Positions 1 through 10,058 of a stretch of 64,000 nt of DNA are shown piece by piece. A model generated the notes under the pieces. It saw only the letters and a program-made list of their open reading frames with translations, searched no databases and was not told where the DNA came from. A program made the translations under genes and the position numbers. The stretch is from Bacillota bacterium (GTDB taxonomy: Bacteria; Bacillota; Clostridia; Lachnospirales; Lachnospiraceae): NCBI GenBank assembly GCA_023423045.1, contig JAFAGA010000083.1:31934-95933 (forward strand), read 5' to 3'. Position 1 is the first letter of the stretch. Each line of letters begins with the position of its first letter.

Positions 1-619
1 CCGGCTGATATTCTCCCTCCTGCACAGGAACAGGATTGCGATAAATCTGCTCCGATACCGTCCTGGTTACCCCCTGCTTTTCCATCCCCTGTATGGTAGA
101 TCGGGATATATTCAGCTTATTCAGCGCAACATCATAATCCAGCACCTTCTCACGCAACAAAGCCTCCAACAAACGCAGCCGGGCGGTATTGTTCTTTCTC
201 TGATATTCAAAGTACAGCCGGTTAGCCTGCTCCGGATCCACTAACAGCTCTATGCTCCTCTGCTCTTTTATTTTAACCGCTTTTCGCACCGGAATCACTG
301 TCTTCAGGGCCTCATTCATGGTTCCTCCGAAATTCTCCCTGATCCAGTAAGCAAGATAGATTAAATGGCTTTCAATCATCGGAGCATCCGTAATCACCTG
401 CTGGATCGGCTTAATCAGCTGCGCCTGCAGCTTGGGTTCCGATGACAGGCCTACGATATAGCCCTGAATCCGGCGGTTCCCCTTTCCAAAGGGCACTGCC
501 GCCAACGCTCCGATTACCGCCTGTGGAAGCATCTCGTCAGGTATCCCATACTGATAGGTTTTGTCCAGATTCTCATGGGAAATATCAATAATGATATCAG
601 CATAGCTTTGATAAGACAT
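1..619 (-). CDS. priA: Primosomal protein N' (PriA), 5' part; runs off the window edge
   Basis: Hand translation from ATG at 619 (RBS AAGGAGG upstream) gives MSYQSYADIIIDISHENLDKTYQYGIP...VPFGKGNRRIQGYIVG, the PriA N-terminal 3'-DNA-binding domain. Not in the ORF track because it has no stop in the window. Confidence 0.9.
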   Translation of the reverse strand, partial: MSYQSYADIIIDISHENLDKTYQYGIPDEMLPQAVIGALAAVPFGKGNRRIQGYIVGLSSEPKLQAQLIKPIQQVITDAPMIESHLIYLAYWIRENFGGTMNEALKTVIPVRKAVKIKEQRSIELLVDPEQANRLYFEYQRKNNTARLRLLEALLREKVLDYDVALNKLNISRSTIQGMEKQGVTRTVSEQIYRNPVPVQEGEYQP

Positions 620-755
620 AGGCCCTCCTTCTCGTAATCTATATTATCAGAACCAAAATCGAGTCCCGATAATCGTGATGCACGGCGCCTTTTATCAGAA
701 GTTAAAGTACAACTTCTCATACTCCGATTACAGGAACGAAATTCATGTTCCTGAC

Positions 756-2228
756 CTATATAAGCATGATACGGCTCTCCGCAGCAGCATCGCGAATCAG
801 CTCCCGATCATCCATATGATGCTTTACCCCTTTTATTTCCTGGTAATCCTCATGTCCCTTTCCGGCAATTACAATGATATCTCCTTCCAGGGCATGCTCA
901 ATCCCATAGCGGATCGCTTCCTTTCTGTCTACGATTTCCACATACCTGCCCGGGCCTCTCTTCACCCCTTCAATAATGTCGTTGACAATATCCTGGGGCT
1001 CCTCAAAACGGGGATTATCCGAGGTTACAATGGTAAGATCCGACAGCCTGGAAGAAACCTCACCCATCTCAAAACGCCGGCTTCTGGAGCGGTTTCCCCC
1101 GCAGCCGAAGATGCATACCAATCTGCCGGGATTGTATTCCTTCAGCGTAGTCAGCAAACTCTCCAGACTCATGGCATTATGGGCATAATCCAGCATCACA
1201 CTGAAGCGCTTTGATACCGGAACCAATTCAACTCTTCCCCTGACGTGAATGTCTGCCAGAGCCTTGATGATCTCCTCATTGCTCACCCCAAAATGCCTGC
1301 ACAGGGAGATACCGCACAGGGAGTTGTATACATTAAACTTCCCGGGAATATTCATCCTGACCTCAAGCTCCATCTTCCCCTCCGTCCGATACTCAATTCC
1401 CAGAAAGCCGGGTTTTTGCAGCAATTTCACCTGAGTGGCTCTAATATCCGCCTGCTCGGAGAACCCAAAGGTCTCAACCTCACAGGTATGCCCCTTCAAT
1501 ATCTCCCGGGCATGGACATCATCTATATTAATGATACCAAGCTTACACCTGGAGAAAAGCTTGCTCTTACTTGTAAGATAGTCCTGGAAATCGGTATGCT
1601 CTGCTCCGCCGATATGGTCTTCTCCAAGATTGGTGAAGATGCCGTAATCATAGGTAAACCCTGCCACCCTGCTCATCTTTAATCCCTGGGAGGACACCTC
1701 CATAACCACGCACTCACAGCCCGCCTCCGCCATCCTGGCAAAGGTCTCCTGGATCGTGTAGGATTCGGGAGTTGTATTGCCTGCCGGAGTAACCGTATCT
1801 CCAATGATCGTTTCGATGGTACCCATGAGTCCCACTTTTCTTCCGGTATTCTCCAGGATGGACTTGATCATATAAGCGGTGGTCGTCTTACCCTTGGTTC
1901 CTGTAATGCCGATGGTGGTCAGCTTCCTGGCCGGATGCCCGAAATAAGCTGCCGACATATATGCCAGCGCCAGCCTTGTATCCGCAACCCTGATTACTGT
2001 AACACCTGGCGGCGTATCGATTTCCTTCTCTGCCACAATGGCAACCGCTCCCGCATGAGCAGCCTCATTCCCATAGGCATGGCCATCATAGATCGCTCCT
2101 GTAATACAGACAAATACGCTCCCCTCAGTAATCTTCCTGGAATCATAAACCAACTCGGTCACATTCAGATTCTCATCTCCCTGAACACAGGTATATTCCA
2201 ATTCCTCCAACATCTGCTTTAAAATCAT
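756..2228 (-). CDS. murE: UDP-N-acetylmuramoyl-L-alanyl-D-glutamate--2,6-diaminopimelate ligase
   Basis: 490 aa with GITGTKGKTTT P-loop, MEVSSQG, DYAHN, FGCGGNR, DNPR (DAP specificity) and AGKGHE motifs. Confidence 0.96.
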   Translation of the reverse strand: MILKQMLEELEYTCVQGDENLNVTELVYDSRKITEGSVFVCITGAIYDGHAYGNEAAHAGAVAIVAEKEIDTPPGVTVIRVADTRLALAYMSAAYFGHPARKLTTIGITGTKGKTTTAYMIKSILENTGRKVGLMGTIETIIGDTVTPAGNTTPESYTIQETFARMAEAGCECVVMEVSSQGLKMSRVAGFTYDYGIFTNLGEDHIGGAEHTDFQDYLTSKSKLFSRCKLGIINIDDVHAREILKGHTCEVETFGFSEQADIRATQVKLLQKPGFLGIEYRTEGKMELEVRMNIPGKFNVYNSLCGISLCRHFGVSNEEIIKALADIHVRGRVELVPVSKRFSVMLDYAHNAMSLESLLTTLKEYNPGRLVCIFGCGGNRSRSRRFEMGEVSSRLSDLTIVTSDNPRFEEPQDIVNDIIEGVKRGPGRYVEIVDRKEAIRYGIEHALEGDIIVIAGKGHEDYQEIKGVKHHMDDRELIRDAAAESRIMLI

Positions 2229-2360
2229 AATTAGTCCTCCCTGGCCCGACGGCTTCTCTTATTTCAATGCTTTTCGCCTTTCAAATCAATCATTTGCATA
2301 TATCTAATTATAGGCGAATAATCCTATTTGTAAAGAAAAAAGATGGGGAGGCAAATCCGT

Positions 2361-2504
2361 TCATTGATCTAAGAACCTCTTTATTGCGAGTTCCTCACCA
2401 TCCGTCCAAAGAGTAATAGCCCCCTTCTCATAGGTAGCCATGATCCGGCTTCCCGCCTCCTCAAGCCTCTTTAGCAGCTCCGGATGGGGATGTCCGTACC
2501 AATT
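2361..2504 (-). pseudogene. comEC: comEC 3'-terminal fragment (copy next to murE)
   Basis: Encodes NWYGHPHPELLKRLEEAGSRIMATYEKGAITLWTDGEELAIKRFLDQ*, the ComEC beta-lactamase-like C-terminus. About 95% identical (7 mismatches in 146 bp) to 12744-12889. Confidence 0.88.
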
Positions 2505-2530
2505 CATTAGGGCAATTATATTGATACAAT
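2503..2530. other. Hybrid serine-integrase attachment site (attR-like, second comEC crossover position)
   Basis: TT core at 2503-2504 followed by CATTAGGGCAATTATATTGATACAAT, 21/26 identical to the half-site at 12983-13008. comEC homology stops exactly at the core. Confidence 0.75.
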
Positions 2531-2757
2531 ATAGCGATGAACACCCTTAGGGCAGAAAATGAACACGGTACAACGTTAACGATACTGCACCGTGTTCATT
2601 CCTTATGTTGGCATCTATTTTGATTTTTAACACAGAACTTACCACTCAATCTTTCGCTCTTTCTCGACATATTCCCGCAACCTGGATGGGTCGAGAGGAC
2701 TTATATAATGTCACTTGATTTTACAATTTCCTTAACAAAAAAATTTTAAAAATTATA

Positions 2758-2817
2758 TTGACACAGTAAATATTTTTTGATATATAATAATTAGCACTCA
2801 CAAAGAGAGAGTGCTAA
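2758..2817 (+). promoter_or_regulatory. Sigma-A promoter plus CIRCE (HrcA operator)
   Basis: TTGACA at 2758-2763 and TATATAAT at 2781-2788, then a perfect CIRCE TTAGCACTC-N9-GAGTGCTAA at 2791-2817 directly upstream of the Hsp20 gene. Confidence 0.95.
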
Positions 2818-2846
2818 TATAAAATATTGAAAAGGAGTTGTTAATT

Positions 2847-3296
2847 ATGAATGGATTAGTACCTTTTAACAGAAAAGACAAAGAAGTTTTAACCAAAAAT
2901 GAGTTTAAGGACTTTTACAACATGCTTGATAGCTTTTTTTCCGATGATTGGCCTTTTAGAAGAAGTCTTACTCATGACACATTCAAAGTTGATATCGAAG
3001 ACACTGAGAATGAATATCTTATTGAGGCTGAAATGCCTGGTGTAGATAAGAATGACATCAATGTTACACTCAATGATGGAAAACTAATAATTTCTGTTTC
3101 TAGGGATGAAAACAATGAAACCAAACAAAAAAATTTCATCCACCGAGAGAGGCGTTATAGTTCTATGAGCCGTTCAATTTATTTAGAAGATTCTAAAGCA
3201 GATGGCATAACTGCAAAATTGGAAAACGGATTACTCAAAATTATAGTTCCGAAAGAACAAAAAACAACCAATAGTATTGAAATAGACGTTGAATAA
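2847..3296 (+). CDS. Small heat shock protein, Hsp20/alpha-crystallin family
   Basis: FKVDIEDTENEYLIEAEMPGVDK...ERRYSSMSRSIYL...AKLENGLLKIIVPK. AAGGAG RBS before ATG 2847. Confidence 0.95.
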   Translation: MNGLVPFNRKDKEVLTKNEFKDFYNMLDSFFSDDWPFRRSLTHDTFKVDIEDTENEYLIEAEMPGVDKNDINVTLNDGKLIISVSRDENNETKQKNFIHRERRYSSMSRSIYLEDSKADGITAKLENGLLKIIVPKEQKTTNSIEIDVE

Positions 3297-3307
3297 AATT
3301 AGATAAG

Positions 3308-3345
3308 GCACATCGGGATGTGACAACTCGATGTGCCCTTCTCTT
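3308..3345 (+). terminator. Intrinsic terminator after Hsp20
   Basis: GGCACATCG...CGATGTGCC stem followed by a pyrimidine run. Confidence 0.6.
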
Positions 3346-3708
3346 GTCAAAGATTATATCTTTTTTGGGGTTAGGTTTTGAGTAATTGAGATATGTGCAA
3401 ACTCCAACCATTTTTTCAATTTTTATGACAAATAAGCCGACTTAATTATCAGGTGAACGCTTTCCTAAATATCTTTCTCTCATTCGTTTAAAACACTCCA
3501 GTCTATCACTCATATGCTTTAAGGCAAAAAATGCACACCCACGATTTAACGATAACCGCACAGCGTGCATTACTATGATATGGATTGAGAGAACAGAATT
3601 GATGCTTATATAACCAACTGTTTCTATAAACATCCCTACGGTAAAATTTTTAAAACCCGTATACCCATGTATTAGTTTCTATGGGCAGGTTGTTAATTAA
3701 TGGTAGAA

Positions 3709-5007
3709 TTAGGGGTTATCATTGCCTTCATAAAGATTGTTTAATTCAAAATGCGAGTTAACAACTAACCATAACTGAGGATAAAATTGCATTATATTCC
3801 ATATCGAAATTCCATTTAATCCAAATTCAATTACCAAATTTAAATATTCATTAATACTTCTAGCATCTCTAAACCGTACAACATACTCCCTATCCAAAAT
3901 ATATTGAAAATATGCTGTTTTGGATACATCATCAAAACGTATTACAGTACCCACATTTTTAGCTAGTTCAACTGCTGAATTACTAGTGATTGCAAGTCCT
4001 TTTGAAACCCCAAGGATAAAAGGAAGCTCCCACAGATAGCCGAGAATAGGTATACCTATAAACATCATTTCACCTGGTAATCTTCTTTCCATTTCGTGTA
4101 CATATTTCCTAATATTTTCAAAAGAAATAATACCTGTAGGAATTCCAATATAATTTCCCCATTCATATGTCATTAGAAATAATCCATCTAAATTATAAAT
4201 AAGTTTTGAATAATCAAAGCCTTCGTATACAATACCAGTCATTAATTCAAATGAGCTTAGGCTCAAGGTATTAAATACAATTGTAAACCCCTCTTTCTTT
4301 ATTAAGTTTGAAAACTTAATTATGAAATCCTCGTAATATTTTCGATTTTGTGGAAGTATATATGATATGTTAAGATTTACACCATAATACCCCTTCGTCT
4401 TTAAAATATTTAACACATTGTATATAAACTGATCCTGGCTTTCTTGACTCATAAGAAGTTTCTGTATTACATTACTTTCACCAGTCTGGTTAATTTCTTC
4501 TGCTTTTAACATCATAATCGGTGCTACTTGATAAGCCTTTGCTATTTGTAAAATATTAGTATCATCAATTTCATTTATTTTTCCTTCGTCAGTAAAAGAA
4601 TAGCTATAAACTGTAATATATGTTAGGAAAGGTAATGTCTTTTTTAATACATCTGTATTAATATATGGATAAGCATAACCATACGTAGAAAGTTTCCCAG
4701 CTTTTTCCCCTTTGTAACTTATAACCAACATTTCTCCCTCATAGATAAATTCTCTACCTGAAAGATACGGATTATTTCTTAATAATTGCAACACAGTAAT
4801 CTCATATAAATTCGCTATTCCGTTTAATGTATCCCCTTCTTGAACAATATGAGTTACTTGTGGAATTAAGATAATCAGAGTTTCTCCAACTGCCAAATTA
4901 TCTGGGTTTTGTATTTCATTATCCAATATTAACCTCTCCTCAGATATGCCATATTTCTTAGCTATTTCATTCGTTGACTCACCAGTTTGCACTACATGAA
5001 TAATCAT
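3709..5007 (-). CDS. 2x LysM + GH18 spore germination protein (YaaH/SleL-like), catalytic motif degenerate
   Basis: Two N-terminal LysM repeats (IHVVQTGES..., THIVQEGDTL...) and a GH18 body with MTYEWG and GISIWNIM. The DxE motif reads NIS. Confidence 0.85.
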   Translation of the reverse strand: MIIHVVQTGESTNEIAKKYGISEERLILDNEIQNPDNLAVGETLIILIPQVTHIVQEGDTLNGIANLYEITVLQLLRNNPYLSGREFIYEGEMLVISYKGEKAGKLSTYGYAYPYINTDVLKKTLPFLTYITVYSYSFTDEGKINEIDDTNILQIAKAYQVAPIMMLKAEEINQTGESNVIQKLLMSQESQDQFIYNVLNILKTKGYYGVNLNISYILPQNRKYYEDFIIKFSNLIKKEGFTIVFNTLSLSSFELMTGIVYEGFDYSKLIYNLDGLFLMTYEWGNYIGIPTGIISFENIRKYVHEMERRLPGEMMFIGIPILGYLWELPFILGVSKGLAITSNSAVELAKNVGTVIRFDDVSKTAYFQYILDREYVVRFRDARSINEYLNLVIEFGLNGISIWNIMQFYPQLWLVVNSHFELNNLYEGNDNP

Positions 5008-5639
5008 TCTAACACCCTAAAAGTAGATTTATTTATTAATATATGAATTTATTTTGTTTCTGATTCTGATATTAACCGTAGATTCCATTCTATTCCCTAT
5101 ATGCAAAAGCTCTTAGATATGTCTAAAATTTCCGGATCAAGTAAATTTAATAAATATGGTCCCAGTAGAATTCCTGTTAAAAACATTCCCCAGTAATTTT
5201 GGTAGTTTTAGTCTCTTAAAAATTTTTCCAAGTACCATTCCATATAAAAATACAAGTGCAAGTTATAATAGCATATTTTTTCTCTCTATTCTTTTCAAAA
5301 AAAGCCAATGATCCTGTGATTTATATTCACAGAAGTCATCAGCTTATAAAGCGGTTACAGTCACAGAATACAATGCACTTCTGGGCTATCCATTTAGAGC
5401 AATACCCTACCTTTAGACATTATAAAATATATCATAAGCACAATAGCCATGATCAATATCACAGGCATAGAGATGCTCGTAACCTTTCGGTAGCCATCGA
5501 ACAAATTAAAAGCCATGATGCCTTTCAGCTAAACGGAAGGAAACCAGTAAAGAATTATGCTTAGCAAGTTCCACATTTTCCAGCTCCCCTGCCACAAAAA
5601 AGCACCCATCACATTCTGACAAGTGCTAAAATTAAATTC

Positions 5640-6389
5640 CTACTCTTCTTGAAGAATTGTATAATTAATGCAATTTTGCATTTTAGCCTGAGCTATACAT
5701 TCTTCCTTACTTTTACCGTGACCCCTAATTCTATCATTTTCGTCAACCCAATAATACAAATCCTCAGCTCCGAACAGTTCCGCTCTTACTTCTTTCAGAA
5801 TTTCCATTTCTGTTACATCCACTCTGTCCTGCGCTTTTTCAGAAAATGATAGTGCTTTTCGTTGTTCTTCATGATGCATAAAGCCATCATCAATAATATT
5901 ATACAATATTCTAGAAAACTTCTGTGCCTGTTCATCCGTTTCAAAATAAATGCCAAACCCGTTAGCATAAATAGAAACAATGTTATATCCGTATACCTTT
6001 AACTCTAATGCAATTCCCATAATACGAGCAAATCTTAATTCTATAATTGGGAAGAATTCCTGTATATCCTCCTCAAGAACATCATAGAATCCTTTTTCTT
6101 TAATAGTTCTGATAAATTCATTACTGCAATCCTCTATGATATTATATCTCTTTGTACTAACTATCTTTGTTTCCTGAGCCTTTCCAAACAGTAACTCATC
6201 TGTTGATATATTAAAAATCTCACTAATTCTTGCTAGCATATGAATGTCAGGTTTTCCAATATTGTCTTCCCAGGTAGAAATTGTTTGTCTTGCAACATTT
6301 ATTTGTTGTGCCAATTTCTCCTGTGATAACTTGTTTTTGTCTCGAAGAACTCTCAGATTCTCTCCAAAACGTACATTTTTTCTAATCAT
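5640..6389 (-). CDS. XRE-family HTH transcriptional regulator with unknown C-terminal domain
   Basis: FGENLRVLRDKNKLSQEKLAQQINVARQTISTWE...PDI...ISTDELL. Confidence 0.85.
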   Translation of the reverse strand: MIRKNVRFGENLRVLRDKNKLSQEKLAQQINVARQTISTWEDNIGKPDIHMLARISEIFNISTDELLFGKAQETKIVSTKRYNIIEDCSNEFIRTIKEKGFYDVLEEDIQEFFPIIELRFARIMGIALELKVYGYNIVSIYANGFGIYFETDEQAQKFSRILYNIIDDGFMHHEEQRKALSFSEKAQDRVDVTEMEILKEVRAELFGAEDLYYWVDENDRIRGHGKSKEECIAQAKMQNCINYTILQEE

Positions 6390-6670
6390 AAATGGATTTA
6401 TCCTCCTATAAATTGATATATCTATTATAGCATTGTCCTACCAATTTACCAAGCTAATGGATTTAACATTACCGCAATTCATTTTAACAAAACGAGAGAT
6501 ACAAAGAGTTCAACTTAACTTAATAACAGCACGCATACTAGCCTTAGTGCATTTGAAATAATGACTATAACAATCTATGAAGGAATTGTATTAGCCTTAA
6601 TAACAACATTTAACATGAACTTGAATACAATATAATAACAGTTTTATAGAATAGGAAGTATAAGTATTTC

Positions 6671-7246
6671 ATGGCTATTAAAATATTTATAGATCAAGGA
6701 CACAATCCGACTGGTTACCACAATACTGGTGCCAGAGGTCTTGGGTTAATAGAAGAAGATATTACTTATCAGGTTGGAATCTATCTTGCCAATTTATTAG
6801 GAGCTGACCGAAGATTTTCCGTTTTGTTATCAAGACCTACGCCTACTACGGTTTTAGGAACTTCAAATGCAACCAGCCTGGCTGAAAGGGTTAGAATGGC
6901 GAATGAATGGCCTGCTGATTATTTTATCAGTATCCATGCTAATGCAAATGTAAATCCAGCAATTAATGGAGCTGAGATCTATATATACCAATACAACACT
7001 CAAGCACATTGGCTAGCGCAGCAAATAATGGATGCTATTGTCCATTTTACAGCCTTAAATAATAATGGCATCCGAATAAATCAATCCTTATATGTTTTGC
7101 GCAGAACTAATATGCCTTCCTTACTGATAGAAATGGGGTATCTTACGAATGAACAGGATGCCGCTATTCTTCGAGATGATCAATGGCTGATTGCTTATGC
7201 AATATATATCGGTATTTTAAATTATTTTGGATTCAAACCGATTTAA
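6671..7246 (+). CDS. N-acetylmuramoyl-L-alanine amidase (Amidase_3)
   Basis: IFIDQGH, EEDI, SIHAN and LIEMGY zinc-amidase motifs. Confidence 0.92.
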   Translation: MAIKIFIDQGHNPTGYHNTGARGLGLIEEDITYQVGIYLANLLGADRRFSVLLSRPTPTTVLGTSNATSLAERVRMANEWPADYFISIHANANVNPAINGAEIYIYQYNTQAHWLAQQIMDAIVHFTALNNNGIRINQSLYVLRRTNMPSLLIEMGYLTNEQDAAILRDDQWLIAYAIYIGILNYFGFKPI

Positions 7247-7270
7247 TATTAATGAAAGGAGGGATAAAGA

Positions 7271-8563
7271 ATGGTGGAAAACAATAACATTAATCGAAAT
7301 TTAAATAATAAAATTCGTGTTTATCCAGCTGAAATGAGAACACAGACCTTCGGGAGGTTACAGGTTCGCTGCACAACCAGAGGACTGGTACCAATTGATA
7401 GTGCAATCGTCCAAATTTCCACTTCGGCAGAGCCGGAGGTAATTATAGAAGAGCTTACTACAGATTTTAACGGACTCACACAAGAAATTGAATTACCGGC
7501 ACCCCCAATTGATTATAGTCTGAACCCTGCTCCAACCACAAAACCTTATTCAGAATTTAACCTCAGGGTAAGCGCACCGGACTTTGAACCGGTTACCGTA
7601 TCGAATGTTGAAATACTCACCCTTGTAACAGCTCTGCAGGAATTAACACTAACCCCTGCAGAAATACCTACTGGAGGTGAATTATTTGTAATACCACCTC
7701 ATACTTTATATGGCGATTACCCACCAAAAATAGAAGAAGATGAGATTAAAACTATAGGTGAAACCGGTGAAATTGTATTACAAAATGTAGTGATCCCTGA
7801 ATATATCGTAGTCCACGACGGTCCTCCTACTGATACTGCTGCACAGAATCACTATGTACGGTACCGTGATTATATTAAAAATGTAGCTTCTAGCGAAATC
7901 TATGCCACATGGCCGGAATCAACCATTATGGCAAATATTCTTGCTATCCAGTCCTTTACCCTAAATCGAGTTTTTACGGAATGGTATCGTAATCAGGGAT
8001 ATAATTTTACCATAACCTCATCAACGGCCTTTGATCACAAATGGATTCCGGGCAGGAATATTTACAGTAATATCGGCCTAGCGGTGGACCAGATATTCAC
8101 CAATTATTTATCTAGACCTAATGTTAAACAACCCATATTAACCCAGTACTGTGATGGTTATAGAGTACAGTGTCCGAACTGGATGACCCAATGGGGATCT
8201 AAGGAATTGGGAGAGAATGGTCTGAATGCAATCCAGATACTTCAACATTTTTATGGAGATTCCATGTTTATTAACACAGCACCTCAAGTATCTGGTGTTC
8301 CAGCTTCCTGGCCGGGAGTAAATCTGACAATAGGTTCCACCGGAGTCAGTGTACGGATGATTCAAGAACAGCTAAACCGTATTTCAGATACTTATGTAAC
8401 GATTCCTAAAATGGCTGTGGATGGACAGTATGGACCACAAACCGCAGAGGCGGTAAGAATCTTCCAGCAAATATTTAATCTTCCCCAAACCGGTGTGATA
8501 GATTTTGCTACATGGTATAAAATATCTCATATATATGTGGGTGTTACGAGAATTGCGGAATGA
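7271..8563 (+). CDS. sleC: Spore cortex-lytic enzyme SleC-like (SpoIID-like domain + peptidoglycan-binding domain)
   Basis: IVVHDGPP, DYIKNVASSEIYATWP, LNRVFTEWYR, TQYCDG and a C-terminal PG-binding VDGQYGPQTAEAVRIFQQIFNL. Confidence 0.88.
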   Translation: MVENNNINRNLNNKIRVYPAEMRTQTFGRLQVRCTTRGLVPIDSAIVQISTSAEPEVIIEELTTDFNGLTQEIELPAPPIDYSLNPAPTTKPYSEFNLRVSAPDFEPVTVSNVEILTLVTALQELTLTPAEIPTGGELFVIPPHTLYGDYPPKIEEDEIKTIGETGEIVLQNVVIPEYIVVHDGPPTDTAAQNHYVRYRDYIKNVASSEIYATWPESTIMANILAIQSFTLNRVFTEWYRNQGYNFTITSSTAFDHKWIPGRNIYSNIGLAVDQIFTNYLSRPNVKQPILTQYCDGYRVQCPNWMTQWGSKELGENGLNAIQILQHFYGDSMFINTAPQVSGVPASWPGVNLTIGSTGVSVRMIQEQLNRISDTYVTIPKMAVDGQYGPQTAEAVRIFQQIFNLPQTGVIDFATWYKISHIYVGVTRIAE

Positions 8564-8773
8564 GTTATACGATCGTAACGATTATCATAATACTGGGACT
8601 ATCGTTACGAAAATATTCGCTTACTACCATGCCCTTATTTATCAACTCATTTAAAGTCGGGTGAATTATAATTTAAGGGGTAAGCGTCAAATGAAACACG
8701 CCTATAATAAAAAATCTGATCAAGTATAATAGTCATATCTTAATCAGATGTTTTGTTATGGGTCGTGACCCTG

Positions 8774-8860
8774 TTGAGCACGCAATGCGTGAGAAATATA
8801 ACCCCCCAGCTATGCGGGTGTGCGACGATTGTTACACAAAAAAATCACCTTTGACTTATA
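8774..8860. mobile_element. Possible IS200/IS605-family end remnant
   Basis: GAGCACGCAATGCGTG hairpin followed by AACCCCCAGCTATGCGGGTG. From memory this resembles subterminal hairpins of clostridial IS200-type elements. No tnpA nearby. Confidence 0.35.
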
Positions 8861-9130
8861 TTTTATGTTCGTAATTTAATTTATCATTTAAGTTGGGCAT
8901 AATTCATCCAATGATTATGAATTTTATAGGAGCGATACTGTCTAACGATTACTAAATCTTATAACGATTAACCTTATATCGTTAATATGGTTGTGCAAAC
9001 GCAGTTAGAACGATGTAATAATTATAACTTAGCCCAATATTTTTCTCTTGAAAGTCTAGAACTATCTCTGAGCAACTTGCCACAAGACCCTTATATTAGG
9101 CCATTTACAGACTTGAACACGGAAACCGAA

Positions 9131-9158
9131 ATTGTATTAATCTCGTAACCCTTTTGTT
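9131..9158. other. Hybrid serine-integrase attachment site (attL-like)
   Basis: Minus strand reads comEC ...GAAGTCCTT-AA then CAAAAGGGTTACGAGATTAATACAAT, 20/26 identical in inverted orientation to 12983-13008. Confidence 0.8.
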
Positions 9159-9629
9159 AAGGACTTCATAGCTTTTGGCCGGAGTAATCCCCCATTCCTT
9201 CCTATAATAATCCTCCTTCAGCCGCTGCAGCAGGAGTTCCTCTCCCACTCCCTCCAGATCACCGGTAAAGAGCATGTCAAAGTTCCCATAGGTCACACTC
9301 AGCACCATGGAATAGGAATTCGCTGAGGTCACCGCAAAATCAGAAGCCGGATGCAGACAATAGATATCCATCTTTCCATCCCTGATCCGGTCACCTGCAC
9401 TCATATAGCGTACCGGTATCTTCCTGTCCCTGACCAGACTCTCCAACCGAAGATAGGCTTCCTCTTTCTCACGGATTGAGGGAAGCACCAGGCATCCCAC
9501 CGCAATCAGATCCTGTGCCAGAAGCTCCTCCACCCCGCTGATATGATCCTTATCCGTATGGCTCACAATAATATAGTCCAGACGTCCGGTGCCTCTGGCA
9601 ATCAAAAAGGGAAGGATCCGGTAAGTTCC
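9157..9629 (-). pseudogene. comEC: comEC internal fragment (metallo-beta-lactamase domain, N-terminal part)
   Basis: GTYRILPFL...IIVSHTDKDHISG...NSYSMVL...LFTGDLE...SYEVL. Ends exactly where the 12746-12982 fragment (KVAHHGS) begins. Confidence 0.9.
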
Positions 9630-9722
9630 TTTAAAAGTTTCTTCCAAATTATGTACGATTTGAATTAGTTACTGAACTTTTTGGTGTGCTAATTCGATTT
9701 GCTCCTTTGTATAGTTTTCCAT
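9630..9722 (-). pseudogene. Truncated ORF fused in frame to the comEC fragment
   Basis: MENYTKEQIELAHQKVQ*LIQIVHNLEETFK with an internal TAA and a GGAG RBS upstream. From memory it resembles a DUF6998 N-terminus. Confidence 0.45.
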
Positions 9723-10058
9723 CTTAGTTCAGGCTCCTTACTATTTATAATTGATGAGATGTATTATCTTTAAATATAATGGGAAGTTCGCTTACCAAAT
9801 TTTCAATAATCCAAGGTTGCTTTAGAAGTCTTAGTGTTTAATTATAATTACTTTTACACCTTCAATTTTTTCAATATCACCTTTGAATTCTGCTTCATTC
9901 TGGATAATGTACGCCGCACAATCTTTTTCCCTTTGAGCACAGATGGCTCGGCAGTTTCATCAGAAACTAAGAATAAACGAAACCTTCTTAGATGAGACGT
10001 GGAACTATTAACAAGCGATTTGACATTACCGGTCGAGTTCTCTTCCTCGTTCTTCTCA

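Larger units (their letters stand above)
2505..9156. mobile_element. Integrase-free att-flanked cargo cassette in comEC (Hsp20, spore cortex enzymes, XRE regulator)
   Basis: Bounded by inverted 26-bp half-sites (2505-2530 and 9131-9156) that each abut comEC sequence. Visibly more AT-rich than murE/comEC. No recombinase ORF inside. Confidence 0.7.

Noticed and set aside
675..2222. Plus-strand ORFs overlapping murE, and similar antisense ORFs across the phage genes
   Set aside because: Shadow frames of well-supported genes with no recognisable motifs.
2531..2600. ATGAACAC repeats (also 13012-13050) as a mini-CRISPR
   Set aside because: Repeats are only about 10 bp, two per locus, with short irregular spacing and no cas operon.
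3442..3633. 63-aa ORF, and likewise 5256..5564 and 9854..10078
   Set aside because: No recognisable family or convincing RBS. They may be decayed gene fragments but I cannot support a call.
8940..9010. GTCTAAC...GTTAGAA pair resembling an integron attC site
   Set aside because: Single copy, imperfect R' box, poor internal pairing, not directly after a cassette ORF, and no tyrosine integrase in the window.
9630..9660. TAAAAG at the 5' junction of the comEC middle piece, and CAAAAGAG at 12736-12743, as further att half-sites
   Set aside because: Only AAAAG matches, the distal ATACAAT box is absent and the cores do not agree. The 9630 junction lies within a dead ORF and looks like a deletion fusion.
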